DNA of 64,000 bases from Podarcis tiliguerta (lineage: Eukaryota): NCBI GenBank assembly GCA_965153285.1, contig OZ229116.1. The stretch is one strand, 5' to 3'. Of this stretch, positions 22,589 to 34,838 are shown piece by piece (position 1 is the first letter of the stretch; the number at the start of each line of letters is the position of its first letter). Under the pieces are notes generated by a model that did not search any database, was not told the DNA's origin, and saw only the letters and a program-made list of their open reading frames with translations. Both the position numbers and the translations under genes were made by a program.

Positions 22589-25500
22589 GGTGCTTCACAC
22601 TAGAGTTGTAATCATTCTGCTTTTCATCATGACTTTTTTATTGCTGCTTATGCAGAGGTTATTTGATTCAACATTACAGGACTATATTGCTGCTATTCAA
22701 TTACCATTATTTTCCAGGACAAACAGTTCTGTGTGCAAGGTGTACAGTAATATATATGAATGGTGATGTTGTTTTCTAAGGTTCAGGTGTCCTCAGATGT
22801 TGCCAACATTATAGCGGACTAACAAATTAGTGTCTGTTCCTATATTAAAAATGGGAGAAAATTATTTGCATTTGCATTGATGGGGGAAGCGGATTGCTGA
22901 TTATCTTACACTTAGGAGGCCTAGGGTTTTCTCTTTTTATTCCTGTTTTTGAACTTAAAACAACAACCCCACACTGGTCACAGTGGTGTGAGGCTCTCTC
23001 TCTACAGCTTCTCAGCGGCTGCATTTTTTGGGAGTGATGGAATGCAACATAGCATTGTGCCATTCCCAAGGCATTCCAAGAAGTGCCTCCTGCAAGAAGC
23101 TGGAGAGTGTGTTGTGACAATTCCCTCCGGCCACACTTCCTGCAGTGCCATAGGTGATACATAGGTGGTGCCTCCCCAAGGCATTCCAGGAAGAGCAGCT
23201 GATGGGAAGTGGAAAAAGAGAGCCTTGCACTATTGCTAGCAGTGTGTAGATTTTTTTAAAAAAGTGAAAAAGCAAGAAAAAATGGGGTGAGAACCTTCAA
23301 CCACCTCATAAAGTTAAGTAAGGTAAATGAAAACTCCTCTAAACACTTTGGTGAAATTTCCATTCCCTCTACCTTAACAAGAGCAATTTTTCTTTTTGTG
23401 GGGTGGGGGCATTGCAGTAATTAAAAGTGGTGAGCAATTAAAGAAAAAGCTTCATAAAATTAAGACTTAATTTGGCACTATATATATATGGGCAAGTCTT
23501 CAAGGATTTGTGCCTCTTCTAGAAGCCTTTCTCTTCTGTCACAGCTCACCTGTTCTCTGAAGATGAGGGCATCCAGAGGAGAGCCTCAGAAGCAGATGTC
23601 AGTGCTCAGTAGGATCATATAGGATTCCTCTAGACTCCTTTCTCTCTCCAACTTGCATCTGTTTCTCGGACACCTCTGCATTCCCATTTGGTCCCCAGGT
23701 TCCTACAGTAAGTCTTCACACTGAAGTGTCTTCATTATTTTCAGAGAAGTGGAATTGCTGTGTCTTATTACTGACAGATGATATTCATTAACTGATTTAA
23801 GTTGTCTCTCTTCAACCAAAAAAGTAAAGAACCGAATGTCGATTTAAAGAAAGGCCACAACTGTATGTCACATTCACCCCAGCAGTGTAGGTACCTTCTT
23901 CTAAACTGAAAGGAGAGTCCATCTTGCCTTGTCTGCCTCCTTTAGGCAGCTCCACTCCGACTTGGATCTTTGGTTCGGTCCTAAGGCTGATCCATTTGCT
24001 GCCCATTTGTGGACCAGAAGAGGCTGCTCTTGCCATTGGTTGTCACAGGCCACTGAACATCTGGGATCAAAACCTCCTCCACTCAGGACCCATGGTTCCT
24101 TCATTTCCTTGGTGAGTGTCTCCAATAAGCTTTCTTTCATGGAACACTTCAATTTCTTCCCTTCCTTATCCTGTGGTTGCACATTACAACTCGTTATAAT
24201 CAGTTCAGTATACCACACTACCAAACGGCACCTAATTGAAGCATCTGCCCCACAGTTAAGGCAGTGCCATGCAGGTAACAAAATCCTTCCACTACAATCA
24301 ATCTGATCAAACGATTATGTACCTTCCAACATTTCTACGATGAAAATAGGGACGTGCCTCCTGGCCATCCAAAAGACTTACCAGCTAATCCTAGGTGGAT
24401 GGACTCTCTGACGGGACAGGGAGGAAGTCGGTCCAACAGCCTACTTCAGCCAGATCCAAAGAAGGCTTCCCCACAAGACAGAGCTTGGGCCTAGTCTAAA
24501 CCGCCTCATCTTCATTCACATGTGGGCAAAGATGCCCTTCCCTTCAGCAAGAGGGGGAATTCAACGGGACTTGCTCCTAGGTAAGTGTGAACAATCTTTC
24601 ATTTATTTAGGGTGCTACTCAAAGCCGCATTGCAAAAACAAGCTGAAGTTGGCTGAGCATTTTCTTGAGCTTTAAATTTGACCTCCTCAGAGTGGCTGTT
24701 GGGACTCCAAACGGTGTAACGGCGAATCTCAAGCATGAAGTTAAAAACATATAATCATCTAGTTATTATAAGTTATTACAGGGGGAAAGGTGTTGGTACT
24801 CACCATGAAGTTGTTACAATAAGTGCCACACTTTTAACATTTGACAATAAAAAGGTGCCGGTACTGCATACACTTGAGTATCCCCAGAAAAAAAAGCACT
24901 GCCTTTATATATAAAAAATTATCATCAGTGGGCCTGCATCTTGGCTACAATTCTAAGAGCAACTTTAAGTGTTTCCAAAGGCACATCCAACGGAAAGTTT
25001 GACCTTTTCTTAGCTGAACAGTCATTCCATTCCATGCCTACCCTGCCCCTTGCTCATGCCATAAACTGTTTATGATACTCCTATCAGGTTGTTTTTTAAA
25101 AGAAAGCTTGTCATGTGAGTGATGGGGTGCATCAGAAGCACAAATCCAAACCTCCTTTGGACGGGCAGAACTACCCATGCTCTTACCAAATAAATTAAAG
25201 TATATAGAATAGAGTGCATTAGTACCATTCACAATCCACAGGAAAAAAAAATTTAATTATACATATCTAAAGGAAGACAACAAAAACTGTCAAGACTTGC
25301 GTGAATAGCACTGGTTAGATTAATTCCGTCTTACACTGCGGAATCAATTCACAAGCATACAAATGTGTCTACTTCAGAAGTGTGTTAAATTCTGTCCTCC
25401 AGCTTGATGGAACAATGAAAGTTAATTGCCCACTTTTCGTATTTCAAATTAGGTTTCGTTTTCAACTTTACAAGCATATTGCTTACATAAAATGCAATCC

Positions 25501-25939
25501 TTTTATCTGATTTTGGCACCGGATTTTATTGAGTTTTCCATATGGCACCTGTCATACCTTTTGTTTGTAAAGTGTCATACACATGTTTTACATTTATTAT
25601 TATTTTGCAGGATTTATATACCACTTAATTGTGAAAAATTCTAAGCAGTTTACAAAAACATAGATAGCACTATATAAAAATAGTAAATAAATTATATTTT
25701 CTATAAATACAGTCAGCCTGAAATTTCTTCATTTTAATAAAATAGTTTCACAACATTCCCCCCCCCCCTTTCCTCAAGCTCTGACTTAGAAGTTATTGAG
25801 AGATTGACTGCTGCCTGACTTTAAAACTGCTCACAATACCAACAGCATCATAGTACAGAGAGGGAGGTCCACTGCCAAAGATCCCTTGTGCAGTTGGAGA
25901 CCTGCCAGAGATGCTATGTGCACAGTATAGGACAAAATA

Positions 25940-26297
25940 CAGTGGTACCCCACAAGACGAATGCCTTGCAAGACGGAAAACCCGCTAGACGAAAGGGTTT
26001 TCCGTTTTTCAATGCGCTTCGCAGGACGAATTTCCCTATGGGCTTGCTTCGCAAGACGAAAATGTCTTGTGAGTCTTGAGATTTTTTTCCGCTCCCCACC
26101 CCCTTTTTCTAAGCCGCTAAACCGCTAATAGCCTTTTAGCAGCTAATCCGCTAATCCCTTAAGCCTTTAATAGCCGCTAATAGCCGCTAAACTGCTAATA
26201 GCGCTAATCCGCTAATAGGGTTGCTTGGCAAGACGAAAAAACCGCTAGACGAAGAGACTCGCGGAACGAATTAATTTCGTCTTGCTAGGCACCACTG
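25940..26297 (+). mobile_element. Tc1/mariner (Tigger-like) MITE, copy 1
   Basis: TA flanks, TIR CAGTGGT(A/G)CC..CAAGACGAA, internal CCGCTAA(TA) repeats; near-identical inverted copy at 48886-49250. Confidence 0.9.
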
Positions 26298-26746
26298 TAA
26301 TCATTCCTACATGTTCTGTGTGACAGGGCCCACAATGATAATTAAAATTTGAATTATTTCTATTGGAAGTGAATTCATATGAACATATGTACCACTTACA
26401 GCATATATTAAATATAAAAAAGGATATGTAAACACTATATTTTCTAAATAAAGAGTATTCATTCTGTTATCAGGTAATCACTCACCTTTACTTCTCCTAA
26501 ATATATGAGCCATATAATGCTACTCAAACACAGCAGAGGAAACTGGATAGAAAAACTCTACCAAAAAAAACCCACTGGTGTATGACACTCTTTAAGTCAT
26601 ACTGTGATTTGACAGCATCTGTTATTATAGAATGATGCTTGCTTGAAATATAATATTCTTAAACTTGCAATAACAGCAAATAAATTTAATAAAATAAACT
26701 TATTAGATAGGTCAGCTTACTATATAGTGCAGAAAAAAGAACTCAC

Positions 26747-29176
26747 CATGTCAGCATTTTCCTTTTCAGAAATTAAATTACCTCCATTGACCATCAAAGA
26801 AATGTCAGAGTTGCCATTGCAAAGGATGTTCTCTGCTATTTGGACAGTGGGCTGCAGGAAAGTCAACTCATTTCTCCGGGATTCAGAGGACAGACAGACC
26901 TGGTAGGAATAAGGCAAAGTTCCGTCCTCATAATTGGGTGGGAATATGGCACCAGCCTTTGAGTGGGGGTCAGGAATAAAGCACTGAAGGAAAGTGGGGT
27001 TCCTTGACCTTCGCAGCTTCATCAGAATGGTCAGAATCACCGTCACCAGGAACAGAAAGGACACCAAGGTCAAGGCCAATACCAAATAAAACTGTAGATC
27101 AGACTGATACTCTGAGTCATTTGGTTGGGAGTTCATTTCTGGAAGAGCCTCCTGGAAGTTCTCAGCAAACACCAGGCTCAAAGTTGTGGTGGCTGAGAGA
27201 GGAGGATGCCCATTGTCCTTCACCAGGATGACCAGCCTCTGCTTCACTGCATCTCTCTCAAGTAATGCTCGGACTGTTTGCACCTCTCCTGTGTGGGAGC
27301 CAATGCTGAAGAGTGAGGGCTCTGTGGCCTGCAGGAGATGGAAGGAGAGCCAGGCATTGTGTCCCGAATCAGAGTCCACCGCCACCACCTTCGTCACCAG
27401 ATAACCCGACTCAGCTGACCGAGGCACCATCTCAAAGAAAGGTGAGCCCTCGGTTGATTGTGAGGGGTACAGGATCTGCGGAGCGTTATCATTTCGATCC
27501 AAAACACATACTGTCACTGTGGCACTGCTATTGAGTGGTGGAGAACCTCCATCTTGGGCCTTCACTTGAATCTGAAACTCCCTGAACTGCTCATAGTCAA
27601 AGGAGCGTTGGGCATAGATGATCCCAGTCTCAGAGTTAATGGAGACATAGGAGGAGAGAGGCAGATCCTTGATGTTGCTGTGAAGGATGGAGTAAGTGAT
27701 TCTGGCATTGCGATCCAGATCTGGGTCAGAGGCCTTGATGTGGAAAATTGAAGCTCCAGACGGGTTGTTCTCTGGAACATAGGCAGTGTAGGAAGATTTG
27801 TCAAAGGCTGGTGGGTTATCATTGATATCTGAGATCTGTATTGATATGGATTTGTGTGTGGAGAGTGGAGGTGTGCCTTTGTCTGTGGCTGTGATTGTAA
27901 TATTATACTCTGGAGTCCTTTCTCTGTCAAGGGCACCATCTATCAGGAGCTTGAAGTAATTATCTGAAGATGAGACTATCAGGAAAGGTACAAGTTCCTT
28001 CAGGTGACAGGTGACTTCTCCATTATCCCCAGAATCCCTGTCCTGAACTTTAATGAGAGCAATCACAGATCCAGAAGTGACATCTTCTGGAACTGGGCTG
28101 GACACGGATGTAAGGATCACATCTGGAGCATTGTCATTTTCATCAAGAACCTCAATCTCCACTTTGCAATGTGCTGCCAAGCCTCCTCCATCACTTGCCT
28201 GAATTATCATCACATAATACTGACTCTCTTCAAAATCAACACTTTCTATGAGTGCAATGGTTCCGTCTCTGGGATCCAGATGAAATTTCTGCTCAGCTGT
28301 TTTGGAGATGTCACTGAATGTATAAGTGATCTCAGCATTGGACCCTTCATCAGTGTCAGATGCTTTGACTTGAAGCACAGAGGTTCCTTTGGGTGCACTC
28401 TCCTTCAGACTCACTTTATAGTTTGTCTGGGTGAAAACAGGAGCATTGTCATTAATATCAATAACTGTTACCAATATTTTGGCCGTTCCGGTTTTTGGAG
28501 GTTCTCCACCATCCATGGCTGTAAGGACCATGTGATGCATCTGTTCCTTTTCCCTGTCCAGTTGTTTCTGCAATATTAACTCTGCATATTTGCCACCATC
28601 ATTGCTGTTTTGAATTTCTAGTTTGAAATATGGAGTTGAGCTCAATTGATAATTCTGGAGGGAGTTTATTCCGATATCATCATCTTCAGCATTTCCAAGA
28701 GCAAATCGAGTTCCTGGCAGAGTAGATTCACTAAATTTAAGCTCAATATTTTCATTCCGGAAATGTGGGGCATTGTCATTAATGTCCTGGATAAAAATAT
28801 TTATGTGGAAAATATTCAAAGGATTTTGTGCCACAACTTCTAATTTGAGGACACAAGTAGATGATTCCCCACAAATCTCTTCCCGGTCTATCCTCTCATT
28901 CACATACAGGTTGCCATTTTGTTCATTCAGATCAAAGAATTGCTTTTCTGAAGAAATACCAAGCTTGCGCTTTGACAGCTCTCTGGGATCCAACCCCAGA
29001 TCTTTAACAAGGTTCCCCACAAAGGAGCCCTGCTCTGCTTCCTCTGGAACTGAATACTGAACCTTCTCAGACCCCACCTGGCAGCAGAACACAGACCAGA
29101 ATATGAACAGAAACAGTACTTGCCTCTTGGTGATCTCCCTTGTTCTCTCTGCCTGCTTTACTTCCATCACATCCAT
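26747..29176 (-). CDS. PCDHGB: Protocadherin gamma-B-like variable exon (810 codons; exon 5)
   Basis: Six cadherin repeats + TM, gamma-B signatures; donor ATG|GTGAGT at 26747/26746. Confidence 0.95.
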
Positions 29177-29409
29177 TGCATTTCCTGATTTCTTCCTTCT
29201 TTCAGTATAGTTTGCAAGACTCCCAGTACACTTATGTGAGATAGTACCAATACTCTTCTTTTGAGCTGATTCTTGGGAAACTGAGAGCTTTCCTTTCTTG
29301 CGCAGCTTTTAAAATAAAAGCTTTTTCTTTCTGCTCAGCTGAAGTGTTGAGAGAGAGAGAGACTGCTCCAAGAGCCTCAGAAATGCTGAGCCATGGCTGC
29401 TCCCACGTT

Positions 29410-29448
29410 GTCCAACAGTGACACTCTGAGTCCACATGGGGAACTGTA
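29410..29448 (-). promoter_or_regulatory. Pcdh promoter CSE of exon 5; CACT core
   Basis: Minus strand TACAGTtccccatgtggaCTCAGAGTGTCACTGTTGGAC. Confidence 0.8.
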
Positions 29449-31273
29449 TTTGCCATTTCAATAATGGTACATAATATATAATTTCTAATGTAGAGAAATG
29501 CTTTTAATTTACCCTTTACCATTGTTTTCAAGTTGTACACCCCTCAATGGATTATTGATCAGACCTTATAGTTATTCATTCCATTAATAACTCTTTTCAG
29601 TATGCAGGTCAATGAGACCAGAGTTCCAAATTTCTTTCTTCCATGTTTAATGTGCATTTAAAAAATCTAAATAATATTAGGAAATTATCACAAGTGAATT
29701 TTTAATATGTATTCCTGTCAGAGGTTCAGCTTGTGATAATTTTAGGTTGACCCACATAGTGATTGTGTTTTCAGCCAGTATATTTAAACAAAATGTATTT
29801 GTGAAGAGGAAAATAGGGATGGGCCTTAAACAACAAACAATTTTGTGGGAATCCAAGCATCCTCCCAGCATACTTTTCATTGTCCAATTTACACATTAGT
29901 AGAACTACAGGATAGTCCTTCTAGGACATTGTCAGAAATGGTCACACAAACAACTTCCCCAAATTTCAGCAAGTTACCATTCATTGTTTTCCTTACGGGA
30001 ACAAAAAACAAAAAACAAAACCCCGACATGCCTCATAAAATGTCTCCCAAATGCATCAATTCTTGCCACTGTAGTGTGTTTATAACACCAACCATGACAG
30101 CATATTTTTAATAGAAAAATATAAGCCACATGTCACCAAACAGCACTGGAATCAAAACAGCTTACAGTCATGTGGCAGAGGAGTAAATAAACTTGCAGTC
30201 ACATTTCCAGTGATGCACCCATTGTAGCAGTGTGGAACTACCTAGAAGAATACACCATCCGCTGAAGCTGTTTTCATTCATTTTACAGAGAGAAGGCAAC
30301 ACACGACACTTTCTCTGGGGTTCAAAATTCTACCCCTACCTTACACTGGAAATCTCATTAAAGTAGAAAATACCCCCGCCCCCCCAAAAAAGCCATTTGT
30401 GTGTTGCTGCTGTAGTTCAATAATGGGTGAAGGTTGCAAATTACAACGAGCATTATGCAACCAATCTTACACTACAATTGCTTGTAAGTTTCTTCCCAGA
30501 GTCCCCTCACCATTGAATCTCCTCATTTTATCATACTAAAATATACAAACAGCCAAAATAACTCAGCCAATAAAATGCTTAAGTAAATTCATTATTACTT
30601 TTTAAAAAAGAAATCTTGTAGCAATGAGAATCTCAGTATCAGCTTGCTGGTGGGCAGCTGGGTATGTAGTGGAAAGAAGTTAATTGGTTGAAAGATGGGA
30701 ATGAGAACTTGTCATAGGATACTAGGCCCTAGTTTTCATTGATGCGGCAAAACTACAACTTATCAGTACCAAGGCAGGTGAGGGCTCACATTTATATACT
30801 TATTTATTGATAGAGGTTTTTTAAACCACCCAATATTTGGAAGTGTAATAAAAATATGATATAAAAGCCAAATACAACATACAAAGCTAAAACAATTTAG
30901 AATCAATCTCACAGGAACTCACATGCTGCACATGAAAATAGGATGAGCCTAGCCTTCTCCTACACATGATAGTTTCAATATGTAGTGAACTATGTGTTTT
31001 TATAGATGCGCACAAGGTTTTGTGAGCCTCCACCAGCAGTCCAAAGTAAGTGAAAAAGACTGATCATCTGATGCATCAAGATAAAGATTTGTTGAAAGAA
31101 GATGCTTCACAGAAGGATCACATATAAAGTAATAACTAAAGAAGGCGGAGCTGAAAGTAATAGAAAGAAGACTGACATAGTTCTGAATATAATGAGAAAG
31201 CAGAGGTAGACGGGAAATATATTTTAATATTAAGAAAACAAAAAATCATGTTAATCTAAAATTGTTTGCTCAC

Positions 31274-33676
31274 CTGGACTACGATTAAGCCTTCACTGTT
31301 CAAGTTCAAATCTTCACCAGGTAGGATTGGATCCTTTGCCTCACAAGCTTCTTTATTGCTCAGAGTATTGGAATAATTTGCCTTTCTAGAGTCTGTAGTG
31401 AGAGAAACCTCCTGACAGTACGAGTGCAGAAATGCTCGGACTCCGTCAATCCCCACAAACTGTGAGATAGGAGCGCCACTGAAATTCACACTCCCCGTCT
31501 CAAGCAGCTGAGAATTTCTCCACCTGTGCAACTTGATGGCCAGTAAGACAAGGAGGAAGATGAAGAACAAGCAGGAGACAAAAGCCACTGCAAGGACCAG
31601 GTAGAAGGTGAGGTCAGACGGAGGCTCTACAGGAGCTGAGATGCTGCTCAGGTCTGACAGGATTGCAGGGATGGTGTCAGCCAGCACCACAGTCAGAGTG
31701 GCTGAAGCAGAGAGAGGTGGCTGCCCATTGTCCTTGACTAAAACCACCAGGCTTTGCTTGAGGGCATCTTTCTCCAGAAAGAAGCGGGCCGTCCTGATCT
31801 CTCCCGTGTGGAGCCCCAGAGTGAAGAGCCCTGGCTCGGTGGCCTTCATCAGCTGGTAGGAGAGCCAGGCATTCTGGCCAGAGTCCGCATCCACGGCCAC
31901 CACCTTAGTGACCAGGTAGCCTGGCTCAGAGGAGCGAGGGGCCAGCTCTATCCCCGTGGAGCCGTCGGTGGGAGGGGAGGGGTACAGGATTTGGGGAGCA
32001 TTGTCATTCTGGTCCAGAATGAAGAGAGTCACTGAGACGTTGGAGCTGAGGGGTGGAGAACCTCCGTCCTGGGCCTTTACACGGAACCGAATGTCTCGAA
32101 ACTCTTCATAATCAAAGGAGGTCAGAGCATATATAACCCCCGTCTCAGAGTTAATGGAGAGGTAGGAGGAGAGGCGGGAGTCACTTCTTTGGTCGTCAGT
32201 GATGGAATATGTTATTCTGGCATTTTCTTCCCAGTCAAGATCATTTGCTCTTAAGGAAGAGACCATGGCTCCTCTTTGGTTATTCTCAACAAAACAGAAA
32301 GTATAGTCTGTTTTTTCAAAGAGGGGTGGGTTGTCATTTGTATCTAAAACATGAAGTGTGATAACTGTGACTGTAGAAAGAGGGGGGACTCCATGGTCAG
32401 TAACAGTGACAGTAATATTGAAGACTGACACCTGTTCCCTGTCAAGGGCACCATCAGTCACCAAACTGTAAAAGTTATCCATGGACTTCTTTAACTGGAA
32501 AGGGAGGTTGCTAGGGATTGAACATGTGATTTCCCCATTGATTCCTGAATCTCGGTCTTGGACATTTAAAATGGCAATTACCGTTTGGGATGGTGAACTT
32601 TCAAGTATGGTGTTGGTGGCAAAGTTAACTGATAATTCAGGTGCATTGTCATTCAGATCCGTAACAGATATCACAACTTTTGATCTGTCACTCAGCCTTC
32701 CTCCATCTTTGGCTTGTATCTCAAATGCATATAAAGATGATTCTTCATAATCAAGATTCCCAATAAGGATGATTTCACCTGTTGTGGAATTTAACAGAAA
32801 CATTTGGGAGTCCCGCTTTGTAATTTGTTGGAAAGAGTATTTAATGTCTCCATAGATTCCTTCATCCATATCAGTCGCTCTCACTGTCAAAAGTGTAGAC
32901 CACTTGGGGATATTCTCATGAACACTCACTTCATAGAGAGGTTGGCTGAAAACTGGTGCATTGTCATTTGCATCAATAACAACGATGTGGATTTGTAATG
33001 TGCCAGATCTGATGGGATCACCTCCATCAGTAGCTGTGAGAAGCAGATCGTAAGCTGATTGTTCCTCTCTGTCCAGTGATTTTTCCAACACAAGTTCAGC
33101 AAGTCTGACACCATTTTCTTCTGTTTGCACATGCAAAGCAAAATGGCTGCTGCCTGTGAGGTGATACCTCTGCACTGAATTTATCCCCCAATCTGGATCT
33201 TGAGCTTTGGGAAGAGGGATCTGGAATCCAGGTATAGATGCCTCACTGATTTCCAGCTCCTGTTCCCTTAGAGGGAAGTGGGGAGCATTATCATTTATAT
33301 CTGTAATTTCCACTTCAATTCCATAAAGCTTCAATTTGCTTTCAACAAGAACCTGAAACTTCAACAAACATTTCTCTGCCTCTCCACAAATTTCCTCTCT
33401 ATCTATTCTCTCAGATATCTGCAAATGGCCATTGTTGGCATTCAAAGAGAAGTACTGAATCATACCTACAGGGTAAACAATGCGGAGTCCATAGTTTGGG
33501 AGCTGCTTGCCATCCATTCCCAGGTCCTTTGCAACATTCCCCACGGAAGAGCCTTTGTGCATCTCTTCTGGAATGGAGTAGTGGATCTGCCCAGAAACTG
33601 CCCTCCAATAAAACATCATGAAAAGGCACTGGAAGATTCCTTTTCTGCAATTCCACAGCCTCTGAGTTCCTTCCAT
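31274..33676 (-). CDS. PCDHGA: Protocadherin gamma-A-like variable exon (801 codons; exon 6)
   Basis: Gamma-A signatures; donor CAG|GTGAGC at 31274/31273. Confidence 0.95.
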
Positions 33677-33864
33677 CCTTGCAGCAGGTTAAAGGCTCTT
33701 ATGGTCTGGTTCAAATGATGCTGTATCCAATTTTTTTCTAAGGAAAATGCACTTCCATTTCTTCTTTACACTGACAAGCAGCTTGTTCCTTCAGATATTT
33801 TGTGCTTGTGTTTAACGGAAAGGCAACTTCAATTGGGCAGGATTTCACATTTCTGCTCCGTTCT

Positions 33865-33903
33865 GGTGAACAGTGACACCCAGAGGATCAAGCCCAAACT
33901 GCA
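33865..33903 (-). promoter_or_regulatory. Pcdh promoter CSE of exon 6; CACT core
   Basis: Minus strand TGCAGTttgggcttgatCCTCTGGGTGTCACTGTTCACC. Confidence 0.8.
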
Positions 33904-34097
33904 AAAACCTCACTTTTGAAAATTAAATAAACACCATTTCACTGTACTACTGCTATTATATGCAGATATAGCTAGGATAACTATTCTTTTTCCTTAGAAT
34001 TTACCCACTAAGGCTAAATAAGAGTGAGGACTTTTGTTTCTGTAATTGAAAAGGAGCAGGAAAGACTGCCCTTCCCCATTACTGGAAATTCTGGAAT

Positions 34098-34838
34098 AAA
34101 AATGAGAGGCACAAATACAAGATGGGTGACACCTGGCTTGAGAGCAGTACATGTGAAAAGGATCTAGGAGTCTTGGTTGACCACAAACTTGACATGAGCC
34201 AACAGTGTGACGCGGCAGCTAAAAAAGCCAATGCAATTCTGGGCTGCATCAATAGGAGTATAGCATCTAGATCAAGGGAAGTAATAGTGCCACTGTATTC
34301 TGCTCTGGTCAGACCTCACCTGGAGTACTGTGTCCAGTTCTGGGCACCACAGTTCAAGAAGGACACTGACAAACTGGAACGTGTCCAGAGGAGGGCAACC
34401 AAAATGGTCAAAGGTCTGGAAACGATGCCTTATGAGGAACGGCTAAGGGAGCTGGGCATGTTTAGCCTGGAGAAGAGGAAGTTAAGGGGTGATATGATAG
34501 CCATGTTCAAATATATAAAAGGATGTCACATAGAGGAGGGAGAAAGGTTGTTTTCTGCTGCTCCAGAGAAGCGGACACGGAGCAATGGATCCAAACTACA
34601 AGAAAGAAGATTCCACCTAAACATTAGGAAGAACTTCCTGACAGTAAGAGCTGTTCGACAGTGGAATTTGCTGCCAAGGAGTGTGGTGGAGTCTCCTTCT
34701 TTGGAGGTCTTTAAGCAGAGGCTTGACAACCATATGTCAGGAGTGCTCTGATGGCGTTTCCTGCTTGGCAGGGGGTTGGACTCGATGGCCCTTGTGGTCT
34801 CTTCCAACTCTATGATTCTATGATTCTATGATTCTATG
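34098..34838 (+). mobile_element. Young 5'-truncated CR1 LINE (ORF2 C-terminus intact)
   Basis: ORF 34122-34751 with CEKDLGV...ANAILGCI...[19 protein letters not shown]...LERVQRRAT...WNLLP; (ATTCTATG)n tail; absent at the paralogous sites ~52238 and ~63188. Confidence 0.95.

Noticed and set aside
22900-24900. Cluster of short ORFs and probable transposon fragments (hAT-like ends near 24315 and 24900)
   Set aside because: No recognisable domain, and no matching TIR/TSD pair could be established by eye
26110-26220. CRISPR-like or telomere-like short repeats (CCGCTAA)
   Set aside because: Internal repeats of a MITE; no spacers, and the context is eukaryotic
28004-28579. Recurrent antisense and alternative-frame ORFs inside the Pcdh exons (e.g. 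191 aa at 28004, 40496)
   Set aside because: Shadow ORFs that recur only because the exons are duplicated; they are broken in other paralogs (45718, 57093)
34122-34751. 209-aa host gene
   Set aside because: It is the C-terminus of CR1 ORF2 in a 5'-truncated insertion
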